Shown here one piece after another: positions 8,239 to 16,332 of a DNA stretch of 64,000 nucleotides (position 1 is its first letter; every line of letters starts with the position of its first letter). The notes below the pieces were generated by a model that saw only the letters and a program-made list of their open reading frames with translations, was not told the DNA's origin and ran no database searches. The position numbers and the translations under genes were made by a program. Source of the DNA: Bacteroidaceae bacterium (GTDB taxonomy: Bacteria > Bacteroidota > Bacteroidia > Bacteroidales > Bacteroidaceae); NCBI GenBank assembly GCA_045616065.1, contig JAZLFZ010000076.1:20216-84215 (forward strand), given 5' to 3'.

Positions 8239-9486
8239 TTAATTGGTCTTTTTGATTATTTCGAGTACGCGAGTTACGTCACCCATGTTGATGCGTCCAT
8301 CCTTGTTGACGTCTGCATCATCAAACTTGGTGCCTGCTTTAATGATTTCCAATACTTTGGTAACATCACCCATGTTGACCTTATCGTCACCATTTACGTC
8401 ACCCTCTTTTTTCTTCAGTGATTCTAAGTACTTAAGGTATTCAGCGTATTCTGTTTCGTTCATCACCTTAAGTTGAGCGGGACAGTCGGCATCAACCTTC
8501 AGATATGCATGGTTGTGAGGGATGCATCGTACGTTGTTCTGCCATTGATCGTTGATCTTAACTCTCAAGGATACTGTGTTATTGCTTGTTGCAACGTTCG
8601 TAAAGGTGAGGTTGCCCTCTGCATCAACAGCCAAAAGGCGCATTGTGCTTGCATCATAAGGCACGAAGGCAGGTGACTTACCTGCATGGTTTAATCCGCT
8701 GCGGTCTGCGTTGGCAAAGTATACTCCTTGCATGATGTTGCCTGATGCCTTGTTACCTTCGTTTGTTGTGAGGTCCACTTTGTTGCCATCAGTTGTGGTT
8801 GAAGGGCACTCGACGAAGACGGGCTGATTCTTGGCAACGGTTCCAGTTATACTCTTAATAACTGCGACACCGTTTTCTTTGTCAATCTTGTTTACGTACC
8901 AGGTCTTTACGTCGTTCTTTGGGGTATAGGCAAAATCTGCATAGAAGGGGGTGTAGTGTTTGCCTTTAGCTGTGATGGTGGGGCGGAAACCAAAGTAGTT
9001 ATCGGAGTTGCTATCAACAGCAGGCACTTTCCACAGGCGGAAGGCCGACTTGCCGGGCATCTCCTGACTGGTTTTTGCACCCAGTATTCCTTGGTTTATA
9101 TTAAAGTCACTTGTACCTATCTCGTATAAGTATTGTCCGCTGGCAGAAACCATCCAGTTTTCACCTGCCTGGGTAATGCGCATATAGTAGTTCGTTAACT
9201 TATATACGCCTGTGCCCTGAGATGTCAGGTCGTACTTGGGATCAATGTACTTGATGTATAATACTGAACTGGGGTCGCTGATGGCCTCCTGAAGGTTGGG
9301 CCACAACTCAATAGCACCCATGTCCGCTCCTAATGTAGAAACATCTCCTACACAGTCCCTAACGTAAAGATATCTGCTAGAACCGACGTTCTGAACGCGG
9401 TAGAATCCTTCCGGTAGTGTCTTTTGAGCAAAGGCTGCCATGCATGAAAGCATGGCAGCCATAGCCATAGATAGAGTTTTTTTCAT
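8239..9486 (-). CDS. Secreted protein with C-terminal dockerin (two Ca-binding repeat segments)
   Basis: Preferred start is MKKTLSMAMAAMLSCMAAFAQ at 9486, 2 nt after the upstream stop; the ORF-track start 9504 would overlap the upstream gene. The C-terminus GDVNGDDKVNMGDVTKVLEII...ADVNKDGRINMGDVTRVLEII matches the duplicated DxNxDxx(I/V)xxxD loop-helix of dockerins. The N-terminal ~340 aa is unassigned. Confidence 0.8.
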   Translation of the reverse strand: MKKTLSMAMAAMLSCMAAFAQKTLPEGFYRVQNVGSSRYLYVRDCVGDVSTLGADMGAIELWPNLQEAISDPSSVLYIKYIDPKYDLTSQGTGVYKLTNYYMRITQAGENWMVSASGQYLYEIGTSDFNINQGILGAKTSQEMPGKSAFRLWKVPAVDSNSDNYFGFRPTITAKGKHYTPFYADFAYTPKNDVKTWYVNKIDKENGVAVIKSITGTVAKNQPVFVECPSTTTDGNKVDLTTNEGNKASGNIMQGVYFANADRSGLNHAGKSPAFVPYDASTMRLLAVDAEGNLTFTNVATSNNTVSLRVKINDQWQNNVRCIPHNHAYLKVDADCPAQLKVMNETEYAEYLKYLESLKKKEGDVNGDDKVNMGDVTKVLEIIKAGTKFDDADVNKDGRINMGDVTRVLEIIKKTN

Positions 9487-9488
9487 TC

Positions 9489-10652
9489 TTATTCTGCGAT
9501 ACAAATTGATACTCGGTTCAAGTCGTTGATATCGTAGGGCTGAACAGTGTCACCCTTTGAATCTACCTTGATGCGGCTTGAACTGATGCCAAACTTCTCC
9601 TTAAGGATCTTGGCAACCATTTCAGCACGGTTACGAGCATATTTGATGTTACCCTTTGCATTACCGGTACCCTTGTCTGCATAACCCGTGATGGATACGG
9701 TTGCTTCGGGATAGCGGTTCAAGTAGCTGGCAATATCTTCAACCTTAGGCATCTCAGCGCTGCTTACGTCTGACTTGCAGATGGTGAAGAATATGTCGCG
9801 ACGGATGGGCTCCTTGGCAGGCTTTTTAGCCTCGATACGGATAGTATCATGTACGGGAACCTCCACGATCTTGTCAACGTACACAACTTCAGGCTGCTTT
9901 GCGGGAACCTTCTTGGTAGTCTTGCCAAGAGCAATCTTCACACCAGCGAGGGTATTGAAATACCAGTCTACGTTGGTAGATTTCTTGCTGTTGTACTTGT
10001 CGCTAAGGAAGTTGATGTTGGCCTCGATGCCAACAGAAACACGCTTGCTTACCTTGAAGTCAAGAGCTGCACCAAACTGGCCAACGGGGAGAATCTGACT
10101 GCCATCCCAGAGGTACTCGAGCTTGCTAATCTCTTTAACCTCGGCCATGTTTTCTGCCGTAGTATAGCCGGCAATGTGGTTTGCTGCCAATCCCTGTGCG
10201 GTTGCAGCCTCACCGTTTGCCCAACCAATGTTGGCACCTACACCTGCGAACAGAGTGAAGTCAACGATACGCTTGGGGTTGAAACCGCCGATAGCGTTGG
10301 TGACGTTGAAGGTTGCATTCAGGGTGGGAGCTACGTAGTTCCATTTGTAGCCATAGTCAGCTGAATCCCAGCGATACTTGGGCTTTCCTTCGAAGTGAAT
10401 ACCGCCCTTGCTCTGCCAACCGCCAATGGTCAGACGAGCACCCCAAACCTTTGTGAAGTTGTAACCCACGGCAATCTGTGCATTGAGTGAGTTCAAGTCA
10501 CAGTCACTGATCTCGCCCAGAGTGTGCTGGAAGCCAAACTGGCCCTGTACATACCAGTGCGGGTTGAAGACCTCTTCAGTCTTCACTTCCTGCGCGGATG
10601 CATTGAAGCATCCGGCAGCAAGTAAAATCATTGAAAATATTGTTTTCTTCAT
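9489..10652 (-). CDS. OmpA-family outer membrane protein (beta-barrel N-domain plus peptidoglycan-binding OmpA-like C-domain)
   Basis: 387 aa with signal peptide MKKTIFSMILLAAGCFNASAQ. The C-terminal OmpA-like region is ITGYADKGTGNAKGNIKYARNRAEMVAKIL...RIKVDSKGDTVQPY. It is a paralog of the CDS at 18033-19208. Confidence 0.9.
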   Translation of the reverse strand: MKKTIFSMILLAAGCFNASAQEVKTEEVFNPHWYVQGQFGFQHTLGEISDCDLNSLNAQIAVGYNFTKVWGARLTIGGWQSKGGIHFEGKPKYRWDSADYGYKWNYVAPTLNATFNVTNAIGGFNPKRIVDFTLFAGVGANIGWANGEAATAQGLAANHIAGYTTAENMAEVKEISKLEYLWDGSQILPVGQFGAALDFKVSKRVSVGIEANINFLSDKYNSKKSTNVDWYFNTLAGVKIALGKTTKKVPAKQPEVVYVDKIVEVPVHDTIRIEAKKPAKEPIRRDIFFTICKSDVSSAEMPKVEDIASYLNRYPEATVSITGYADKGTGNAKGNIKYARNRAEMVAKILKEKFGISSSRIKVDSKGDTVQPYDINDLNRVSICIAE

Positions 10653-10689
10653 ATTCGTATAAACATATTATAATATGTACGCGCGAGGC

Positions 10690-13395
10690 TTACTTACACT
10701 TAACGTAGAATTCGCGGGTCTCCTGCTTACCAGCATAGTCGAGGCCAGAGTAAGAGAACTCATAGATAACGCCGCTCTTCAGACCGCTTACCTCAACGTT
10801 GGTCTGTGTGCCGGGGTAAACCTTGTTGATACCAGCGTTAACGGCATCGATAGCAGCCTTCTTCTCGGTCTCGTTTGCGAAGGGACCCCAAGCGTTGGTA
10901 ACGCAGAGGTGCTTCTTCCATGCGGGTACGAGGATTTCGGCGTTCAGGTTGGTCATCATTACGGTGAAGCTTGAGCTAACAGCGGGAGCGGTGGTCAAAG
11001 AACGACGCATGATGTTTACGCTGCCACCATCCTTGACGAGCAGTGCAAGCTCGAAGCGGCTCTCGATGCCAGAGTAGATGTAGTTCAGCTTGTTCCAGAT
11101 CTTGTCGATAATCTGATCCAAACGGTTGGTTACCTTGTCTGAGAGGTCAGCGTCCATGATCTTGTTCATGATGTCGAGTGCCTGCTGAGCAGCGTCTGCC
11201 ATATCATCGAGCATGTCGTTGAAGTCCTTCATGTCCTTGTTGAGAACACGATAGAGCTCAACTGCCTCCTGGCTGGTGATCTCAACGTTGGTGCAACCGC
11301 AGCTACCGCAGTCGAAGGTGATAACAACCTTTGAGGGATCTGCAGCGTGGTCGGGATCAGTCTCCTTGGTACCGAAGGTAACGTGCTTGATGCTGCCCTT
11401 CATGTCGTTGATGGTGTTGTAAGCCTGAGTCAGAGTACCATTCTTCTGGATAGTCTCGATAGCCTTCTTAATGGTCTTGTTCATGAAGTTGATCAGCTTG
11501 TCGTGACCGGGGAGCTCAGAAGGAATCTTAGAAAGAGACTCGTAACCGAAGGGCTTAATCAGAGCAGCCTGAATGTCTGCTGCAGACTTGATAATGTGCT
11601 TGTTGCCATCGTCGGTAGAGAGGTCGTCGCTGGTCTCGATGTTCAGGGCGTATGCCTTGGTCTGGAGAGCGTCAACGGTAGACTTCAGTGCGCTTACGAG
11701 GTCGCCGATATTGCTACTCTTGTTCATGATACCCTTAGCAGCAGCGATGTAAGAGTCGATGTCGATCTCAATCTTTTCGATGTTGTCGAACTCGCTAACA
11801 GTAGCAACAGACTCGTAGAAGCCAGTAGCGCGAGTGGGGGGGGTATAACCCATGTTCAAGGCGGTGTTTGAAACAGCAGCAGCGCTCAGGGCGATACCAC
11901 TCTTCTGACCCTTGGTGTTAACCAATGAGATGTCAGTGCCGGTGAAGTCAATCTGTGAGGGGTTGATGTTGTAGTAAACCTTACCGATCTCCTTAGAGTA
12001 GATGATATCGGGGCTAACGGTCTCGCGGTTCAGCGTTACGTATGTGTCATTAAGGATGGTTGAAGCCTCACCATAGTATGCAGCGTTGGTGGTGGGGAAC
12101 ATGACAGCGGTGCCAATCTCGCCACAGAAACCGAACAGCATGTTGGTGTTGATGCCGGTGCTAGTCTTCAGCATACCGAATACAGTGTTGTTAACACCAT
12201 TGATAGAGATGCTGGTTGCACGCTCCTTCAGGCTGTCGATGTACTTGAGAGCCTTCTCGATGTCATCAAGTGCCTTCTTAACCTTGGCGCCGAAGTCAGC
12301 GAGCTCAGATGCAGTCAGAAGCTTGTTGGGGTTGCCGAATGCCTTGGTGATTTCGTAAACGATAGCAACAGCGTTGTCGTATGCCTCGTGGTCGTGAGTG
12401 CAAGTTGCGTCACCCATGGTGTAAACCTCGGGATCACCAACGAACTTGATCCAGAACTTGCCATCGGTGGTCACACCATAGCTCTCGATCTCGGTGATAG
12501 AGTAGCCACCGCCACCGGTGCCATTGTCGCCCTTGTCGCCCTTGTCACCCTTGTCACCCTTGTCGCCCTGGTCACCCTTGTCACCTTGGTCGCCCTTAGC
12601 GCCCTTCAGTGACTCGAGCCACTCCTGCTCAGTGCCGGTGAAGCCATACTTAACAGCGATCTCGTATGCTGAGAGACCATTCTGGCCTGCTGCACGTACA
12701 CCGAGGTCGGTAGTGCCAATCCACCAGTTACCATTGTTGCCGATGTAGGGAGTCAAACCATCCTGGCCGTTCTGGCCGTTCTGGCCGTCCTGGCCGTTCT
12801 GACCCTGACCCTGACCGTTCTGGCCATCCTGACCATTCTGGCCATCCTGGCCGTCCTTGCCTTCTGCCTTAACGCCGGTGTTGACACCATCTACATACCA
12901 GTAGCCGTCAATAATCTCAACCTTGGGAGTGTGTCCGTCCTGGCCATTGAGACCATTCTGACCGTTCTGGCCATCCTGGCCGTTCAGACCATCCTTACCT
13001 TCTGCCTTGACACCGGTGTTGACACCATCGATGTACCAGTAGCCGTCGATAATCTGTACTGTGGTTGAGTGTCCATCCTGGCCGTTCTGGCCGTTCTGGC
13101 CATCCTGACCATTCAGACCGTCCTTACCAGCTGCACGCACGCCAGTGTCGGTAGTTCCGATCCACCAGTTGCCGTTAGAACCGATGTAGGGCGTCTCGCC
13201 GTCTTTGCCATCCTTAGCATTCTTAATCTTGCTGTACAAATCGTCGATCTTTGCCTGCAATTCTGCAATCTGAACGAGATTGTCCAAGCGTACTTCGTTA
13301 ATTGCGTCTTCATCATAGTCCTTACATGATGAAACCACCAGGGGTGTTACACACATGAACAACCCAACGTACTTTAAACTGCTGAAAAATTTCAT
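10690..13395 (-). CDS. Collagen-like repeat surface lipoprotein (first gene of the surface operon)
   Basis: 901 aa with a lipobox (LVVSSC, Cys24), a short coiled coil, then Gly-X-Y runs (GKDGLNGQDGQNGQNGQDG, GDQGDKGDQGDKGDKGDKGD) interleaved with IG.NGNWWIGTTD and IIDGYWY.DGVNTG modules. The C-terminal region of about 600 aa is unassigned. Confidence 0.85.
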   Translation of the reverse strand: MKFFSSLKYVGLFMCVTPLVVSSCKDYDEDAINEVRLDNLVQIAELQAKIDDLYSKIKNAKDGKDGETPYIGSNGNWWIGTTDTGVRAAGKDGLNGQDGQNGQNGQDGHSTTVQIIDGYWYIDGVNTGVKAEGKDGLNGQDGQNGQNGLNGQDGHTPKVEIIDGYWYVDGVNTGVKAEGKDGQDGQNGQDGQNGQGQGQNGQDGQNGQNGQDGLTPYIGNNGNWWIGTTDLGVRAAGQNGLSAYEIAVKYGFTGTEQEWLESLKGAKGDQGDKGDQGDKGDKGDKGDKGDNGTGGGGYSITEIESYGVTTDGKFWIKFVGDPEVYTMGDATCTHDHEAYDNAVAIVYEITKAFGNPNKLLTASELADFGAKVKKALDDIEKALKYIDSLKERATSISINGVNNTVFGMLKTSTGINTNMLFGFCGEIGTAVMFPTTNAAYYGEASTILNDTYVTLNRETVSPDIIYSKEIGKVYYNINPSQIDFTGTDISLVNTKGQKSGIALSAAAVSNTALNMGYTPPTRATGFYESVATVSEFDNIEKIEIDIDSYIAAAKGIMNKSSNIGDLVSALKSTVDALQTKAYALNIETSDDLSTDDGNKHIIKSAADIQAALIKPFGYESLSKIPSELPGHDKLINFMNKTIKKAIETIQKNGTLTQAYNTINDMKGSIKHVTFGTKETDPDHAADPSKVVITFDCGSCGCTNVEITSQEAVELYRVLNKDMKDFNDMLDDMADAAQQALDIMNKIMDADLSDKVTNRLDQIIDKIWNKLNYIYSGIESRFELALLVKDGGSVNIMRRSLTTAPAVSSSFTVMMTNLNAEILVPAWKKHLCVTNAWGPFANETEKKAAIDAVNAGINKVYPGTQTNVEVSGLKSGVIYEFSYSGLDYAGKQETREFYVKCK
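12508..13215 (-). repeat. Collagen-like Gly-X-Y coding repeats and duplicated modules
   Basis: Residues 61-296 of the 901-aa protein. The nucleotide runs of ggccagaacgg / ggtgacaaggg type units are visible on the plus strand as gccgttctggcc and cccttgtcaccc repeats. Confidence 0.9.
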
Positions 13396-13490
13396 AATGT
13401 TTAAAAATTAATAAATATTTTGGTTTTGTTTGATTAATCTAGATGTTCATTCTCTCTTACGCACAGACGCTTCTGTGCAATTATTGTTTG

Positions 13491-13498
13491 CAAAGTTA
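13491..13498 (-). promoter_or_regulatory. Bacteroidota -7 box TAACTTTG for the surface operon
   Basis: Reverse complement of caaagtta, 96 nt upstream of the ATG at 13395. The predicted 5' UTR begins with hairpin gcacaga-agcg-tctgtgc (13461-13478). Confidence 0.45.
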
Positions 13499-13663
13499 GT
13501 TATTTTTTTGTAATGGGCAATATCTTTTCGTCTAAAAATTGCCTTTTATATATAAAAAAGTATAAAAATGTGTGTTTCCTGACTTTTTTGCGCGTAAAAT
13601 GTCCTATTGTGTCCTTGTTTTGTGTCTAGGTGTGTTAATTTGAGCTGTCAAAAATCGCCCTGT

Positions 13664-14269
13664 TCAATTGCGTGCTTCATGCGGCATTACTATGCGATAT
13701 AAGTTGCATCCGACAAAGTTTCCGATTACTATTGAAATGTAAAAAAGAATTACCTCCGTTATGTGGGAAATGAGAAAGCTTGTTGGTACACATAAATAGT
13801 AGAAACCATCTGCTACACAGTGAGGAAAGCCACATGTTATGAAGAGAGGTACGCCAAACAGAAGTGGTAAATTATTTCCTTTTCTTGCAAAAGTTACGGC
13901 TGTTGTCATGATAAAGCCACATCCGATTGATGTGACCGCTCCTCGCCATGGTCCCATGGCCAGTCGTCCTTCTAGTATATTTTGAGCTGTTTCCTGCAGA
14001 GGAAATGGGCTACATCTAACCATCAGACTCATTAATCCGCAACCTACAAGATTAAAAAATAGAATGGCGAACAGTGTTCCGAGTTCGCCTTTTTTGATAA
14101 AGCCAGCGGTACCCGTATACAATTTTAGGCCGTAGTTGACGACTGTCAATAAGCCGAAAGCAAACAAGACAGCTCCGACGATAGACTTTTCTGCCAGATA
14201 GCCAAATCCGGCTGTGCCGATGGCGATTCCCGAGAGGATGGAAGAGCGTGCGATGATTTTCCAATCCAT
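13664..14269 (-). CDS. Small polytopic membrane protein, formate/nitrite transporter (FNT)-like
   Basis: 201 aa and hydrophobic throughout. The motif CGFPHCVADGFY resembles the FNT GFEHSIAN signature. It is shorter than canonical FNT proteins, so the assignment is tentative. Confidence 0.5.
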   Translation of the reverse strand: MDWKIIARSSILSGIAIGTAGFGYLAEKSIVGAVLFAFGLLTVVNYGLKLYTGTAGFIKKGELGTLFAILFFNLVGCGLMSLMVRCSPFPLQETAQNILEGRLAMGPWRGAVTSIGCGFIMTTAVTFARKGNNLPLLFGVPLFITCGFPHCVADGFYYLCVPTSFLISHITEVILFYISIVIGNFVGCNLYRIVMPHEARN

Positions 14270-14307
14270 AAAGGATGACGTGTTTAGTTTAAAATATAAT
14301 GGTTTTA

Positions 14308-14315
14308 CAAAGGTA
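14308..14315 (-). promoter_or_regulatory. -7 box TACCTTTG for 13664-14269
   Basis: Reverse complement of caaaggta, 39 nt upstream of the ATG at 14269. Confidence 0.45.
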
Positions 14316-14439
14316 CACTTTCTTCTTCAGTCTCGCAAATATTGCGGCTTATTTTTTTCGTTTACCCCTTATATCGTGTTATTTTTATACTTTTGGTACG
14401 AATTTTTGCAGAAGATTTTGTTACATTATTTATTTTAAC

Positions 14440-14447
14440 TAATTTTG
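14440..14447 (+). promoter_or_regulatory. -7 box TAATTTTG for the nuclease gene
   Basis: taattttg lies 70 nt upstream of the ATG at 14517. Confidence 0.4.
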
Positions 14448-14516
14448 TAAAATTGTAGCGGATTGGCGGTCTCATGATGCTACGTATAAATAATTAATGG
14501 TTACTTTTTTGTTCCC

Positions 14517-16265
14517 ATGAAAGCGAGAATTCATTTTATATTTACCCTTTTTATGATGCTGTGTATGCATTCGTATGCACAGTTCAACAAGGCATCCTAC
14601 TATGCCAAGGCCGATGGCAAGAAAGGTGAGGCTCTGAAGTCAGCTCTTGCCAGTATTATCTCGTCTCATACCTCATTGAGCTACGATGGTCTTTACGAAG
14701 TGTACAAGACCACCGATGTGCGTTCTGATGGTAAGATATGGGACATGTATTCCAACATGACCAATTATGATCCCGACAAAGGACATTCGGGTTCCTATAA
14801 GAAGGAGGGAGACTGCTTTAATCGTGAGCATTCCATTCCTCAAAGTGTTTTCAGTGAGCAGTCGCCAATGAAGACTGACATCTATCATGTAATTCCTACA
14901 GATGGTTATGTCAACAACCGTCGTTCCAACTATTGTTTTGGTGAGGTGGGAACTATTGAGTATCAGTCTAATGGCGGATTCAGTAAGGTTGGCTCTCCAT
15001 CAAGCCGTACGAAACAGATGGGCTGCAGTGAGTCCCGTGTATTTGAACCGAACGACGAGTATAAGGGGGATCAGGCACGCAGTTGTTTCTATTTTGTGAC
15101 GTGCTATGAATCCCGTCTATCTTCTTTCAAACATTATGGCATGTTCAGTAACAATTCCTATCCCGGCATGACGGAATGGGCTATTACGTTGATGATGGAA
15201 TGGTCGCAGAAAGATCAAGTAAGCAAAAAGGAGACGGACCGCATAGAAGCAGCCTATATAAAGCAGAAAAACCGGAATCCCTTCATTGATTTCCCCGGTC
15301 TCGAACAATATATTTGGGGAACATACAAGAATGTTGCCTTCAACGTGACAGATTATGTGAACCCCTACGATGGTATTATCATGCCTTCTGATCCTGACGA
15401 GCCTGTCGTTGATCCTGATGAGCCTGTCGTTGATCCTGACGAGCCTGTCGTAGAACCTGACATTACGGGTGACTATGCTTATCAGAAAGTAACGTCAAAT
15501 CTTTCAGATTGGCGAGGTGAGTATCTCTTTGTGTATGAGGATGGAAGTCTGGCTTTGAACAGTGCTTCCGATAATATTGATGGAGCAGGCAATGGTGTTG
15601 CTGTTAAGATAGAAGATGGTTTGATACAACCTTCTGCCAATGCGGATGCTGCCGTGTTTACCGTGACTTCTGGCAATGCAGGTTCCTATTTCGTAATGAC
15701 CTCTACGGGCGAATATGTAGGAAATGTGAGTGGCAAGAATGCAATAGATACGTCTGTTGAATCGCCAATACCATGTCACATTTCTGTCTCAAATGGTAAT
15801 CTTGTACTTGAATCCAATCTGTCTGGAAATAGCCTTATGTATTTGAAATACAATAAGTCTGCTACGCGTTTCCGCTTCTATAAGTCCGGGCAGGCCGATG
15901 TGTCTATCTACAAGAAAGTGTATAAGCAGACAGAAGGCACTGACGAACCCGGCACCGATGATCCCGACACCGACGAACCCGGTACTGACGATCCCGGCAT
16001 TGACGAACCCGGTACTGATGATCCCGGTGCTGAAGAGCCCGGTATAGATGAACCTGGTACTGACGAACCTAGCACCGACGAACCCAGTACTGACAATCCC
16101 GGAGAAGATACTCCTGCGGAAGGCGGTGAAGATGATAATACGAACGTTGAAAAAGTGGTCAATAGAAATGCTAAGCGTATTATCGTTGATATTACGGGAC
16201 GACGCCTTTCGCGTGTTCCCGCTAAGGGTATCTACTTCGTGAATGGTAGAAAGTATGTACGTTAG
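14517..16265 (+). CDS. Secreted endonuclease I family nuclease with acidic Pro-rich linkers and T9SS C-terminal domain
   Basis: 582 aa with a signal peptide. Endonuclease I motifs are FNREHSIPQSVF and DIYHVIPTDGYVNNRRSNYCFGEV. The tail VDITGRRLSRVPAKGIYFVNGRKYVR resembles a Por secretion tail. Confidence 0.85.
   Translation: MKARIHFIFTLFMMLCMHSYAQFNKASYYAKADGKKGEALKSALASIISSHTSLSYDGLYEVYKTTDVRSDGKIWDMYSNMTNYDPDKGHSGSYKKEGDCFNREHSIPQSVFSEQSPMKTDIYHVIPTDGYVNNRRSNYCFGEVGTIEYQSNGGFSKVGSPSSRTKQMGCSESRVFEPNDEYKGDQARSCFYFVTCYESRLSSFKHYGMFSNNSYPGMTEWAITLMMEWSQKDQVSKKETDRIEAAYIKQKNRNPFIDFPGLEQYIWGTYKNVAFNVTDYVNPYDGIIMPSDPDEPVVDPDEPVVDPDEPVVEPDITGDYAYQKVTSNLSDWRGEYLFVYEDGSLALNSASDNIDGAGNGVAVKIEDGLIQPSANADAAVFTVTSGNAGSYFVMTSTGEYVGNVSGKNAIDTSVESPIPCHISVSNGNLVLESNLSGNSLMYLKYNKSATRFRFYKSGQADVSIYKKVYKQTEGTDEPGTDDPDTDEPGTDDPGIDEPGTDDPGAEEPGIDEPGTDEPSTDEPSTDNPGEDTPAEGGEDDNTNVEKVVNRNAKRIIVDITGRRLSRVPAKGIYFVNGRKYVR
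15390..15452 (+). repeat. 21-nt tandem repeat x3 encoding DPDEPVV
   Basis: gatcctga(c/t)gagcctgtcgt(t/a) occurs three times in frame. Confidence 0.9.
15936..16108 (+). repeat. Degenerate 15-nt coding repeats (GTDEP / GTDDP / GIDEP / STDEP)
   Basis: Protein run GTDEPGTDDPDTDEPGTDDPGIDEPGTDDPGAEEPGIDEPGTDEPSTDEPSTDNPGED. Confidence 0.85.
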
Positions 16266-16332
16266 CGTTAGATATCTTTAGTCCCTCCTTGCATATTATA
16301 AATATAATAAGGTATAATATAAACTAAAAGAA

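Noticed and set aside
9487-9504. Longer start (MYRRIRMKK...) for the dockerin protein
   Set aside because: It would overlap the OmpA gene by 16 nt and place six residues before a perfectly good signal peptide. The start at 9486 sits 2 nt after the upstream stop.
12388-12748. Plus-strand ORFs rich in PLS/LVT repeats (12388-12612, 12518-12748)
   Set aside because: They are antisense translations of the collagen-like GDK/GDQ repeat and are not independent genes.
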